Shown piece after piece: positions 1-12,989 of a stretch of DNA of 64,000 bases. Origin of the DNA: Lama glama (Eukaryota); contig CM052816.1 in NCBI GenBank assembly GCA_028534125.1, positions 82,648,001-82,712,000 of the forward strand, read 5' to 3'. Made by a program: the position numbers and the translations under genes. The notes under the pieces are model-generated. The model saw only the letters and a list, made by a program, of their open reading frames with translations, ran no database searches and was not told the origin of the DNA. The first letter of the stretch is position 1; every line of letters begins with the position of its first letter.

Positions 1-357
1 TATTTCTCATTCGTGATTTATTCTGAGATGTGGATCTTTTTTCTGACATCTGTTAGGCTCTTATTTTAGCCCTTCCGTTTTCTGGTCTCAGTTTTTCCTC
101 CCAACTTTGTCCTTTAACATCAGCTCTGCCACCCCTTTCTTCATAAAAATGGATCTGACTTGTAGTCTCTTGAATAAACCTCTAACTTTCTCAGGCCATT
201 TTCCTTACCCATAAAGTTTCTTCCTTTCTCTACCTTTCTACACTTATTTAAGTCTTAGACAGGCCATATCCTATCTCCCTTGTGGAATTTTCTTTGAGAA
301 CTCTGGGCGGAATTGACTTATCTGCTCTCTGAATCCTCCCCCCTTAACTTTTTTGGG

Positions 358-376
358 GTGTGTGTGTGTGTGTGTG
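358..376 (+). repeat. (TG)n microsatellite
   Basis: Direct run gtgtgtgtgtgtgtgtgtg. Confidence 0.95.
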
Positions 377-505
377 AAGTGTAGTGTGTTAATGATGAGT
401 TAGCATGTTAGTCTTCAACGGCTGTCATAACAAATTACCATGTATTTGGCAGCTTAAAACAACAGTAATGTATTATTTCACAATTCGGCAGGTCAGAATT
501 TCAGG

Positions 506-626
506 TGCGTGGTGGTGATAATGGTTTCATGGCTGTATCCTCATCCACAGGATCACTGAGTTGTACACGTGAAATATGTACATGTCCTTATGTGTCAATC
601 ATACCTCAAAAAGGTGGCTTAAAAAT
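506..626 (+). mobile_element. Short 5'-truncated L1M-type 3' end nested in MLT1
   Basis: tgagttgtacac...tatgtgtcaatcatacctcaaaaag is an L1M 3' terminus; flanked by agaatttcagg (495-505) and agaagttcagg (627-637), a 10/11 TSD. Confidence 0.75.
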
Positions 627-1054
627 AGAAGTTCAGGCAGAGAGTCACTCAGCTAGTTTTCTACTTAGAGTCTCCCAAAGCCAGTATCAAGATACAGCAG
701 GGCTGCATTCCTTTCTGACGGTTCTGGGAATGAAATTGCTTCTAAGTTCATACAAGTTGTTCACAGAATTCAGATCCTCGCCCTCGTCATGGGACTGAGT
801 TACCATTTCCCAGCTGGTTGTTGGCCCAAAGTCCTTCTCAGCTTCTAGAGGCCCCTGTGCTCCTTGGCGGTTGGCCTCATTCCTCCATCTTTGAAAGCTG
901 AGTCCTCCTTAAGTGCTGTATCTCTCTGACTTCCCCTTTTACACCATCTCTTTTGCCTCCAGCCAGAGAATTTTCTCTGCTTTTAAGGGTTCATAGGATT
1001 AGATTGGTTTACAAGGATAATTCATGGTAATTTCTCACTCTGAGGGGCATAATC

Positions 1055-1802
1055 TTGTTTCCGTATCCTGGCTATTGTGAATAATGACGTAATAAATGTG
1101 GAATGCACATATCTCTTCTAAATCTTTTTTTGTTTCCTTTGGGTATATATCCAGAAGTGGAATTGCTGGATCATATAGATTTATTTTTAATTTTTTGAGG
1201 AGCCTCCATATTGTTTTCTATAGTGGTTGGATCCATCAACAGGTGAATGGATAAAGAAGATGTAATGTATACATTTATCATATATTATTGTATATTATGT
1301 ATTATTTAGCCATGAGAAAGAGGACATCCTGTCCTTTATCACAACATAGATAGACCTTAAGCACATTATACTGAGTGAGATAAGTCATACAGAGGAAGAA
1401 AAGTACTGTATGATACCGCTTGTATGTGGATTCTAAAAAAGCCAAACTTATAAAAACAGAGTAAAATGGTGGTTACCAGGAGATGGGGTTGGGAGGTTAA
1501 GATGGATGCTGTTTAAGGCACAAGCTTGCAATGAGTAGTAAACATCCCTAGAGTTCTAATGAACAGTATAGTGAATAGAGACAACCATGGTGTACCATAA
1601 TCATCAAACTTGCTGAGAGACTAGAATTTAACTTTTCCAACTGCTATAGAGAAATGATGATTACATAATATGATAGAGGTGCTAATTATCACTACAATGG
1701 CCATCATATTACAATATATAAATGTATCAAATTAACATGTTGTACACCTTACATTTACACCATGTTATATGTCAAATATACTCAAAAATAAAAATTTTAA
1801 AA
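1055..1802 (+). mobile_element. 5'-inverted (twin-primed) L1 3' fragment
   Basis: 1055-1229 is antisense L1 ORF2 end (ccagaagtggaattgctggatcata); 1230-1802 is sense L1 ORF2 end/3' UTR (ccatcaacaggtgaatggataaagaag...ttgtacacctt) with A-rich tail. Confidence 0.85.
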
Positions 1803-2499
1803 GGACAATGATCGTAATTATATCTGCAAAATTCCTTCTCACCAGTAACTAGATCAGCATTTGATGGAATAACCAGGGGACAGCGGATTCTTCCTATCAT
1901 GGCCATTACCACACAGTTGGCTTCTCTCCTTTATTACCTTGCTTTGGCCATGGTGGTATCTTTTTGAATTGCCTTTACACACTCCCTTGGAGTTAGTATT
2001 CTTGGTGTGAATTAAATTGTGCAAAGGAAATCCTTCATGTAGACTAGAAAAGTATAAGTCAGAGGAAGACACTATATATACAGATGCAACAGCCCCTTGC
2101 ATATCAGCTGGTAAAGTAGTCCTTGTGCTGGAGCAGATTCCGGTATTCAATTCTAGCTTCCCAAGTGTCAAGGAACAGTGGGATTTGCATTGGCATCTTG
2201 ATTTGACTCCATATTCCCTGAATTATGGCTTCACTTGCCTAGTCTTTAGCTTCATCTTGTTCAGGAAGCTATGGCAGTGGTGGCAGCTGTAGACCTTAAT
2301 GAAACAGTCTGTAGTGGTGGTTTCAAAGGAAGGAGCTCCCCTGGTGAGCCAGTTCTTTATACTTGGAGTCTTTTTAAGAGGCTCAGGCTTGAACATGCTT
2401 CTTTATTTCTTGTAAGATTTTATAGGAGCCTATTTCTCTCTCTATCTGTCTTTATGTTTAAAATATAGCAGTAGTTTATGATTCCTGCACTGAACCCTG

Positions 2500-3460
2500 C
2501 CTGACACAGTATTTGATTCCAGGAATAAGTGCAACATAACAGATCCTTAAAATATGTGGCTTTGTTTTAGTGGCCAGGTAACAAGTATAGAGAATCTGAT
2601 GCTGCAGGTTAGGACCTTGTGAGGCTTTGACCAAACATTTGTAAAATTGTCAACTACAGTGACCTGGAAGGAAAATGCTCCCCAGCACCTATAGCTTTGA
2701 GGGAAGTGGTTATATAGAGCCATAATGTTCGTATATCATACCTGTTTCTAGCTGTTTTAAATGAAGTATTGTATAGAACTGATCATCTGTCAGAGGCAAG
2801 AATTTTCAGGTGTGTGGGTAGAGAGAGAAAGATATGGAAGGTCCACAAATTTGAGCCTTCGCAGGATTGAAAAATCTTTGCCTGCCTCTGTGCCCCAAGA
2901 ATCAGGCATTAAAGCCAATCAAGTAAGCCAGTAAAATAAGATGAAGTTAACATAGTGGTGAAGTCCAGAAAAGAAGTTTGCGTATGGTTATTGGCATATG
3001 AAACCAACTGAAAGCAAATAGGTCAAATGCTTAATATATTTTGAGATAATCATGTTACCAAAGAAATCATTAAAAAAAAAACAAAACTGTGTTTTTTTCA
3101 ATACCAAAAGCAAGCTTCAGGTTTCCAATGATGAGCAAACAGAAAAGTAGACAGCCCTTAGGGAGAATCTATTCTCTAACATCCACTTCATATATGTCCT
3201 CAAGGGATGAAGGAGAAGAAATAACCTCCAAGAGGGCAAGCCATGGGCAACAGAAGAAACATGAAATGTATAATGTCGAGAATGCTAAAGCAGAGTATAT
3301 GTAGGGAACCCATTTCATTGCCAGGAATGGAGTTTTGTGATTCCAGCCCACCAGGATTTTTCTTCACTAGTGACCACCTATCACTGAGAATCCTTAATGC
3401 CCTTCCTTTTTTTGAATGGTCATCTTAATCAGTTTAGCTTGCTCCAATTCCTTCATGTAT
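2500..3460 (+). mobile_element. Degenerate MaLR internal (MLT-int) fragment
   Basis: aaatatgtggcttt...aaacatttgtaaaattgtc...gacctggaagg resembles recalled MLT1-int sequence; boundaries uncertain. Confidence 0.45.
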
Positions 3461-4983
3461 CTCTCAGTTAAAGACTGTTCTGAAATCACATAGGTAAAAT
3501 GAATTATTTAAAACCTTAGTTTAAGCATATTTTAAAAAATTCATTGGGAACAATGAAAGTGATTAGTTTTATTTCTTAGTTATATTTCTACATTAGAAAC
3601 ATTGCACTTTTAGACTTAATTGCATAATTTATACAAGAGTTGAATTATCCATTTCCTAATGTAACCAACTTAAAGTGATGAATACGTTTTAATAAATGCC
3701 TTGAATTATTCTATGATTTTCATGTTCTGCCAAATTTCTGTAGTTTGTGTAAATGATGCCAAATGTTCCCCCTTATTCCCTAAATAATTAAGAAATAGTG
3801 ATAAAGAGGTCTAGCCATTACATGTATCCAAACATCATTAGAATAAAACAAAATTTTTAGCTATTTGCACATTAGATGATACTAACTTGATTACTTGGTG
3901 GCTTCCACAGTTGAGTTTTGTCACAAATTATGGGGATCAAGATGTAGTCTTTGATGCTGTAGGGGTAAGTTGATATGAGATTTTATAACATGACACCCCT
4001 TATTTTTGGGAACTTGAAAAAACTTCTTTTACAATGATGTAATACTCATATCTTTTCAAAAAAATCCTTTAAGTCTATTATAAAGTTATTAATAAAAATA
4101 ATACCTATAATGTATTTATCAACTTCAATATTCTAAGCATTTTGTTAGGCATATATAATATCCTAGTAGTAATCTACCAGTACACTGATATTATTTCAAA
4201 GAAAGTAGTTACAATAATTTAGTTATTTTTAGAGATAAATTTATGAATCTTTAAAGTAAAACAAACATAGAGAATGAGAGTAAATAGGAATGAAAAATCA
4301 TTATAAAAGATAAGAATGATATTTATCTGTAGAGAAAATACACTTAGAGTTTGTTTTTCTATAAGGCACCACCATACACATAGAAAATTATATAATAGAC
4401 CCCCATGAGTTACAAAAATTATCAACATTTTATCAGTTGTAATTTATTTATTGCCTCCAACTTGCTCCACACTCCGTTAAGGCAAACAAACAAACAAAAA
4501 AACCCCTTGATGTCTTGATCTAAGCACTAGGCCAAATTTAGTGGAGCACTATTTTATAGGAGGAATTGGTCATGTCTGTTTTCATATATATATTTGCAAA
4601 AATTTTGAGATGGATTTTTAAAAATAGTTATTTGCCCTTGAAATTCAGTTTTCTTCTTTCCCAGTGATTTTACAGTTATAGTCAATATCCTTCCTTCTTC
4701 GGTGTTTACATTTGAACATTTTTCATTGCTATGGGATGTGTCATCTGAACAGGAAAAGTCTCATTCCAACTCTAACCCTATGCCTCTCATCTCCTAGGAG
4801 GAAGGAGGTGCCACTTAAATTACAGGCATTCTATTAATTTCCTAGAAAGGGGAGGTTCTTTCACTTAGGTAGCGTTAAGTAAAAGTATATACATGTATTT
4901 ACTTTCAGTTTGCATTCCAATAATTATGGCATGAAAGAAAGATGTTACTTCAGCTTATAAACTGTGTGTTTAGTTATATCAGG

Positions 4984-5450
4984 GATTCACTCATTCATTC
5001 CAAAAACATTTACTGGACTCCTGCCATGTTCCATGTATTATGTAATATAATGGATATGGATATACAATCGTAAAGTCTCATTGTTTCCCTTGGCGAACAC
5101 TGGGGCACGAGGGTGAACAAGACTCTGGTACAGTCCTTGTAGAATAGATGGAGCTGAGGATATCAGAGTAGGTGAGATGCTGTGTGAAAGGCAGGAGCAC
5201 AGGCAGTACGGGAACGTAAAGATGGCCAAGAGAGCCAGCAAGTTTGAAATGGAGAGGAGGAAGCTGTGATGTGTGAGGTAAGTTTTAAAAAGGAAATAGA
5301 AACAGATTTATGTGGTTTGAGAGGCAGAGAGGACAGTGTGGGAGAAGGGCATTCAATGCAGAGAAACTGGGGGAAAAATGTTAGTGTGAAGAAAATATTT
5401 GGGGCCAAAAGAGATCTAGAATTACATGCTGAGGAAGCTAGACTTCAGGG
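4984..5450 (-). mobile_element. L2 3' fragment
   Basis: cactcattcattccaaaaacatttactggactcctgccatgt is the typical L2 3' end in reverse complement. Confidence 0.6.
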
Positions 5451-6499
5451 TATAAGAACATACTTTAGGAAGTTGAATTACAGGATCAAATATAGTTCAT
5501 TTAACCATAGTTCATGGGCCAACTAACTACGCTGAAAGGTATGTATCCTTTACTGAGCCCACGGACTAAATTAACCTGGGGTGAAAAACTGCATAGGTTC
5601 TATGATCATTCAGCTTAATTTTCGCATGTTTTTGCTCTCGAAGCCTATGACCATAGCTGAAACCCCAAAGGAGTGGGTCCGTTTTCTTTTTTCCGTCTTT
5701 GAGTCTCTGCTCAATTCAGGTTTATCCTTCAGTGAGAGGGAAGAATTGCTGATCAGCATCCTGCAGCCTTGAGCACAGCTGGCATGTGCAATACTTTGGT
5801 GCATGTCCAAGAGCCATGCAGAGAAGTGATATACCAGGGGCTTAAACAGGATTTCTCCACTCCACTCAACACAGTGGCTGGGGGCTCAAAAAGGAGCTGA
5901 AGGAAGTCACTTCTGCGCTCACTCGTAAACCTGCCCCAAGGTTTCCATCCTAAGATTTAGTCTGGTCTAGTGTCTGATTTTTTGGGTCAAAGTGTCAGGT
6001 GGACTGTTTTTTGTTTGTTTGTTTGTTTTCCTATAATCACTATCCTGACCATAGCATTTGCTGCAAGGATTGCATTCACATCACTCTCCGTAGGCAAGTC
6101 TAAGAATTTGTTTATTGCTGGTTGTTCAGAGAGGGGAAAAAAACAAAACCCTATGCATTCAGGATTGTGGTTTGTAAATGCTGTACCAGTGTCATTCATT
6201 GCTCTCAAGTTTCCCTGGCGAGGAAGAAATTCCATTTGGGTGTAATTTTGTCAGAGCTCTGGGAAGTGCTTGCCACTTTTGACATATGAGACATCGCAGC
6301 TCTGGGAAAGAGCTGATTAACAAGTCATATTTGTTATGGTTTTCCAGGTGGCTGGGTATTTCTAAAGCATCCTGCCTCTGATACAGCTGTACTCACACTG
6401 TTTCTGTGGAAGACTGAGTCTACACTACACAGCAGCAGGCAAAGAAATGCTGCCAGTTATGCAGATAATTTATGCTTCATAATAAGGAGAATCAGAAAG

Positions 6500-6740
6500 G
6501 CAGTAGAGTGAGGTAGTTCCACTCAGCGGTTATATTGGATTAACCTTGACCCCGTCTTTCTTCAACAGTATTATTGTGGGCAATTTACTAAACATTCAAA
6601 ATCTAATTTCCATAGTCTGTAAAAATGGGGTTAGCAGGACCTCCCTCACAGGCATCATTTTATACTGTTTAAAGTTTTTTCAATGCATGGAAAGCATTTA
6701 TCTCAGTATCTGTCACATAATTACCTCTCAATAATTAGTA
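6500..6740 (+). mobile_element. MIR SINE
   Basis: gggcaatttactaaac...tttccatagtctgtaaaaatgggg core, with gcatggaaagcattt...ctcaataat tail. Confidence 0.75.
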
Positions 6741-8779
6741 GATCTTATTGATGCATTCATAAATCTAAATGTTTCACATGTGGCATAAATCTGGTTATGT
6801 AAGCTAAAGAAATAAGGAATTTATAAGGTCTTGGAATACCTATTCACTTCCTTTGAAAAGCCGGTTTCCATTCATTTGCATTCTTCATTTTTCAAAAAAG
6901 GGATGTATCATATCTGTAGACTATATGGAGAATTGATGCATTCCATTCACTGGTCTTTTTCAACTAAAAACCTTTCAGACAAGTGGAAAATTTTTGTTTA
7001 CTTCTTTTGCTCAAATTGCATCTACAATTAGTTTTAAATTACTTCCTTTGACGAATAGAAGAGTAGATAACTAAAATTTCAGCAAAGAAAAGCACCAATT
7101 CTAATCCATTAAAAGAAGTAGGAGCTTTGTTGAAAGAATCCCTGAAAGACCAGAGCACACCATTTGTTAAATTGCTATCGTTACTATTAATTTTGATATC
7201 ATTTTGACATATAGTGTAGGGTGTCTGGAACTTGACTTTATTGATGGGGTTACTGGTAATTCACTTTTGCAGTGCCTTTCTTGATCAATGAATTTAGAAT
7301 TAGAAAGCTTACATTTGCTTCTGCAAACCTGTAAATCTGAGTGAGTTTAAGCATTGAGCATTTAAATACAATTAACTGGTTGGCAAGAATTTGGCCAGCT
7401 TGGATTTCAGCAACCGTTTATTTATTGCAGGTTTCCAGTAGGAATCGTACTGTATCATACTGAATGGTATCGATCAAGTCAGTTGGGTGACTGGCATGAA
7501 CTCTGGAAATAACTCATCTCGTACCCAGCACTGCCTGGTGCTAGATCGTTTATCATTGTGTAGCATGGATGTCTGGGATTATTTTGCTTCCTTTTTAAGT
7601 GAAGATAGTACTCTATTTAAATAAATAGGACAGTTAGAGGAAATTAAGGTTAAAATGATATAACAAATCATTATTTCAGATTTGAAATTTAATGTAAATG
7701 TAATAGTAAAAGGGTGAAAGGAAGAATCAGAATTACGCAAAAACTAACCAAATGAGCTACCTCTAAACAAATAATGATTTTATTAGTATTAATTAATATC
7801 TGAATATTACATTTCACCAAACCATAGTGTAGCCTACCAATATTTTGGGAAAATTTGGAGGGCATAATTGCTGATCATCGTTTTTGAAAAAATAAAATCT
7901 TGAACTTAAATCCTCATCCTCAATGTGGAGATTATAAGGCCCAACACAGATTGCTAAATATTAGGTGAAAAAACCCTTATCAGATGCCTGAGAAATGGGC
8001 ACAGAGAGGATTATATTTCTTTTTCTATTTCTACTGTTGCACTTTATCCTTGAAACATTTACCTCATTACCCAAGATGAGCACTACACCAAGAAACAAAA
8101 ATGAAAAATAAAAACCAAAAACAAACAAAAAATGTGGTGGATAAGCCCAAGAAGGTAACTTAAGCAAAGGAGTTATAACTGAACTTCCTCCTGAGTCTAT
8201 GATCTTGACAGCTTGAAACACTTTCATGAATGTAGTTCAGTTTTACGTAAAAAAAAAAAAAAAAGTGGAAGGAGAAGTTGAATTCAATTTAAGGCATTAG
8301 TGGAAGAGCATCAAGCAGACTGAACTTGATTTTAATGCTAGACTGTATCTGTACTCTGGATGAGTTTTCAGATTTTAAGAATCTCCCCTCTCCTCAACTG
8401 AAGATTTTGATATTAGGATTTAGGGCCATTTTAAGGCAGCCCCGATAATTTTTTCACAGAGGTCAGCTGAGTAAGAAACAGACTAAGAATCATTTTAAAG
8501 CCTGGAGGACATCAATACTAATTTGCTTTAGTAATTAAATGATTTTTATACTTTATTTAGAGAAGCACCATAGAGGCTAGAGTCCATAGACTATGAGGGT
8601 CTATGGAAAATTCTGGGCAACCTACAACCACTGGAAGATGTTCAAGATGGACTGGGCCAGAGCTGGGTTTAGAGTACAGTGGATCTCCAGGCAGTAAGGG
8701 AGGGCTGTGGCTGACAGGCAGGATGAAATCAGGTGAACTTAGAGAGACGAGGGAGGTCACTGTCATTATTGGTTTACTT

Positions 8780-8950
8780 CACTTAGGGACTTCTCAGAGC
8801 TTTAAAGTGCCGATGGGCGCTGCGAATTTCCAAGACGGGAATCTAGGGTGCTGTTCTACCTTAATTTGATCACAAAATGATTTTATTTTCTGAATGCCTA
8901 TTAGTCTTATAGAATTAATTATTCTTTTATGGGACACAACTGTTAAAATA
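8780..8950. mobile_element. hAT-Charlie-type DNA transposon remnant
   Basis: gggacttctcagagctttaaagtgc...gaatttccaagacggg resembles a recalled Charlie-family MITE segment. Confidence 0.4.
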
Positions 8951-9899
8951 TGGACCTACGTAGTTCACAGCTCCTTAAGAAAAATCCCTTCTACATCTTC
9001 TATGCCTCCTGATACTCCTAAAACTAGGGGAGAGTTTGCACATCCTGTGTATCTTATTGAGATATGAACCATATTTAAATGATAGCAACATGAAAATGGA
9101 TATCAGTGTATTAATAAAATATCTAGTGTGAATATCAAAGAAATTTTCCGTCTATCTTTCACTGTTTGTGTGAATGAATTCAAGTGGAATCACACTATAA
9201 ATCAATCAAATCAGTTTTACAAAATTAACTAGATACTAAGACTAGATTAGACTGTTGGCTGAATTATGTTTTAATGAAAATGAGGACTAAGTTAAAATAT
9301 GCCTTAATTGTCCAGTTGTCTCTTTTTTAAAACATATATTTCTCATGGATAAATAAATAAAAGAGTAATAAAAATGTTTTGAAGTAAGTATCCTATAGTT
9401 TCCCTGAGAAAACTATGTATTTCTGTATGTCTCTGTCTAAATGTCTATCTACACAATTTTCAGGAAAAATGAAGGACGTGACATCAGATTTATTAAAAGG
9501 CATTTAAAGCAAGATACGTGGAACTGTTTGAGTAATCAGAACAAAAAATGATTTTGAATTTCACTTCAAAATGTGGGCAATTGTTTTGGTTGTAAGAGGA
9601 TGCTCTGGAGGGCTGAGCGGGCCTGCCAGAACCGAACACATTTGAGAAATCTCAGGGGAAGCTTCATCCTCCAGAGATTTTCTGTTGGCTTTTCACTTCA
9701 AAGCAGTCAGGCTCAGCATCTTGATAATAAGCCAATGTGAACATCCAAACATCTGTGATTTCTCTCTTCATACACTCAGTCCTTTTGTTGTTGTGTCAGA
9801 AAATGGCATGTAAATCATAAAGCAAATACTGCCTTTTTTATTTATGTTTTAACTTCAGCACCTCCCTCACGGAGTCAAATAATCACATTTATGTGACTT

Positions 9900-10040
9900 G
9901 CTCACAGAATTTAAGAAATAACTACTTCAAGGTAGTTGGGAATATTGAATCTAATTCTGATGCTTTACAGAGATACGTGGGGCACAGAAATGTCCAGCGA
10001 CTTCCCTAACGGCACACAGCGGGTGAGCAGATGAGCTCCA
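9900..10040 (-). mobile_element. MIR fragment
   Basis: tttacagagatacgtggggcacagaaatgtccagcgacttccctaacggcacacagc is a degenerate MIR core in reverse complement. Confidence 0.55.
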
Positions 10041-10389
10041 GTCTTCCCTCACATGTCCCTCTGCCCCTTGAACCCTGCTCTCCCATCAGATCAAGAGCTG
10101 CTTATTGGCCACCTGCCTTCGCAGCAGCACTGTGCCAGGCTCTGGTCCAGGGAACACTAAATTCAAATAAGATGTGATCCTGTTTGGTACAAGAGTAGCT
10201 AAGGGTGTATTTTTTTTCACCAAAAGACTTTGAGGGGCACAGTAAGACCATTTATTTACAATGATTGAAATCCAGAGAGTTTCACTACATGTTTGCTTAT
10301 GCAAAAACACAAAAGACATAGGGTTAAAATAATCTGGTTAGTGTATAATGTCTAAAGAATTAAAGTAACTTAAGAGTGATATTTTTCCA

Positions 10390-10600
10390 ATTGACTTTTT
10401 ATTGTGGTATACTTTACAGACAGTAAAAATGTTTAATTGGAGTGCTCTGTATCTATACCTATATTATCTATCCCATTACCATTAGTTTTTCAATCATTAG
10501 AAAGCAAGTTGTAGATATAATGCTTTTTTTGTTCCTAAATACTCAGATGTGAATTTGCCCTAAATGCATATACTTTTTTCATTACTCCATAAAACCCTCT
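10390..10600 (-). mobile_element. L1MC-type 3' terminal fragment
   Basis: ttttattgtggtatactttacagacag...agcaagttgtagatataatgc...cctaaatactcag; appears to continue at about 12990. Confidence 0.55.
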
Positions 10601-10793
10601 GAATAGGATAACCAACTTTTTAGGTCAACCCTACAAGACCAAAATTGTGTATAAAATATATAATCAATAGGTGTACACATGCATGTTGTTATTTTAACAT
10701 AAATATACAAAAATAGGGGATTATTTGAAATTATACATTATTCTGTATCTGCTTTTCTGTTATATAAATGCTATTATTTGAATAGGACTATTT

Positions 10794-10894
10794 GGGGGTG
10801 GGTACAGCTCAGGGGTAGAGCATTTGCTTACCATGCCCCAGGTCCTGGGTTCAATCCCCAGGACCTCCATTAAAGTAAATAATACATAAAAATA
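10794..10894 (+). mobile_element. tRNA-derived SINE, camelid Vic-1 type
   Basis: A-box-like cagctcaggggtaga, B box ggttcaatccc, AT-rich tail; perfect 13-bp TSD aataggactattt at 10781-10793 and 10895-10907. Confidence 0.9.
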
Positions 10895-11414
10895 AATAGG
10901 ACTATTTAACAGTGGCAATTAGTAGGAATTGGCATTACTAATTAAACAAATAACGTGTATGAGTAAAATTAATAAAATTTTATGTTTCTTTTTGTCTTCC
11001 AATAGAGCAATGTGTTTAACCTACTTTTAAAATATATTTATTTGATATCTATATTTTGTAAGCTATATTATTGCATTTTCTTAAGATACATAAATGAAAG
11101 TCTTTTTAAAAGGAGAATGTAAAAACAATAAGGCTACTTAAATAGGCATCATCTATACTTCATAAAAATAACAATGACTTTTTTCTTCCTTCGCATGACA
11201 CAGTTGGATATTCTTACTCTTTTAGATGGTGTTAGAAGTGAATATAACATGAAATTCGTTTTGTCTTCTAGCTCTGCTTTGGTTGAGCCTCTATTACACT
11301 CATTCCTGACTGATGTCAGTCCAGTGGGACGACATCAAGCTAAGTATACTCTGAACAGAAGTATTTGATCATGGAATACTTAGAATTTTTTGAAAAACTT
11401 AATTTAAAAAAAAA

Positions 11415-11635
11415 TAACTTTTACTGAAGTAAAATTCACATAACACAAAATTTCCATTTTAAAGTGTATGGTCATGATGTTGTATAACCATGATCTCTTT
11501 CTGGTTCCAAAATATTTTCAACAGCCCGAAAGGTAACCCTCTACTCTTTAAGCAATCTCTCACCATTCCTTCTTCCCCTAGGCCCCTGCCAAACACTAAT
11601 CTGCCTTTTGTTCCTATGGATTTACCTATTCTCCT
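11415..11635 (-). mobile_element. L1MB-type 3' end
   Basis: aaaattcacataacacaaaattt...cccctaggcccctgccaaacactaatctg...atggatttacctattct. Confidence 0.8.
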
Positions 11636-12620
11636 TCTCAGGTAAATTAATGATCTCCATTTCATTAGGTTTTCCCCTGAATTTCATCCTGTTCTTTTGT
11701 TTGGGGCATATTCCTCTATCTCAATTTGTTTGATTTCCTTACATTGTCTTTATGAAATTAGGCAAAACAACTACCCATCCCCGTCTTGAGAGTGTGTCCT
11801 TGTGTAGGAGCCACTCTGTGAAGAGTGTGTGCCCAGTGGCTGTGGTGGGACTGTTGTAGCAGATGTGAGCATGGGCCAGGGCTTCTCACGGGCTGCACTG
11901 GGGATGGCCATCTTGGCAGAGGTCGCCTGAAGCCAGAGGGGCTAGAGCTGGATTCCAGTGTGGCCCGGGGTTTCTACCATGGCAGGCTGGAGGCCACTGC
12001 CTTGGTGGTGGTGTGGAGCCAGAGTGCAGCATGGGCTGGGGCTTCTCTTGGGGCAAGCTGGCGGCTGCTGCCTTGGTAAGAGTTTGGAGCTGAAGCCAAG
12101 TGCTGGCTGGGTATGTGGTGGGCAGTTTTGGCAGGCCAGCTAGAGCTCCAGGTGCTTTCCAATGTGCTGCCTCTGTGCTGGGACTCAGAGACAGTAAGTT
12201 TGTGAACATATCCTTTAATAGTGGAGTCAATTTCCTATAGCCTCCTACAGATTCTCCTGGTTGAAAGCACATTGGCTTTCAAGGCCATTTAAGGGTACCT
12301 GTCTTCCTGGTCCCAGATCCTAGGGCTGGGGACTCAATGTGGGGCTAGAACACCTCCTCCCAAGGGAAGGTCTCCAAGTTTGTGACATCCCCTTCTTTTG
12401 GGTTGCCTGCCAGGTATGTGGGTCCTGACTAGATCACTTCATTTTCCTTTCTATCAATCTCAGTGTTTTGTTTTTCTTTTTGATATATCCTTCATTGTAA
12501 AAGAGCTGTTCTACTAGGCTTCAGATTTTTCTCAGAGAGAGTAGAACTATATATAGTTGTAGTTTTGGTGTATTCATGGGAGGAACTGGGCTCAAGGTCT
12601 TCCATCTCTGCCATCTTGAT
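11636..12620 (-). mobile_element. L1 5' UTR and start of ORF1 region
   Basis: GC-richer block ending gttgtagttttggtgtattcatgggagg...gccatcttga (L1 5' terminus in reverse complement); visibly homologous to 40770-41790. Confidence 0.75.
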
Positions 12621-12989
12621 TTTGCCAACAATGTACCATTAACATAATGATTATAACCATGTACTTAAGTCACATCATTCAGAATGATGCAACAATGAAT
12701 AATTCATAATTGAGACTCACAAATCATGATTTTCAGTATCTGTGGCTAGGGGTAAAAGCAGCAACTGTGACTGTGGACAGGAGATAATCTATGCTCTAAC
12801 CACTTGAAACAAAAGTAGTATTGCTTTCATTCTCCATTTTTGCTCTGTAGTATGAATTTTATAATTTCCCCCAAACTTCTGCACCTCTCCTCAAACGCAA
12901 ATGCACTTCTGTGACTTTTTGTGATTATGGAAAGTTTTCCCATGATACTGAACTTTCTGTGATGAAATCTGCATAGTTTAGGCATACTA

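Larger units (their letters stand above)
403..1913 (-). mobile_element. MLT1-family (ERVL-MaLR) solo LTR, split by two nested L1 insertions
   Basis: Begins tgttagt...ctgtcataacaaattacca...gcttaaaacaacag (reverse complement of MLT1 3' end); resumes after the inserts with taattatatctgcaaaattcc and ends ...attaccaca. Confidence 0.8.

Noticed and set aside
6335..6520. Acceptor-like ttttccAG followed by an open frame
   Set aside because: Unrecognised peptide ending in a stop before a convincing donor; not distinguishable from background.
10794..10870. tRNA-like sequence with A and B boxes
   Set aside because: The AT-rich tail and 13-bp TSD mark it as a SINE, not a tRNA gene.
11825..12272. Cluster of overlapping ORFs in a GC-richer block
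   Set aside because: Falls in an L1 5' UTR; higher GC lowers stop-codon density; CpG too low for an island.
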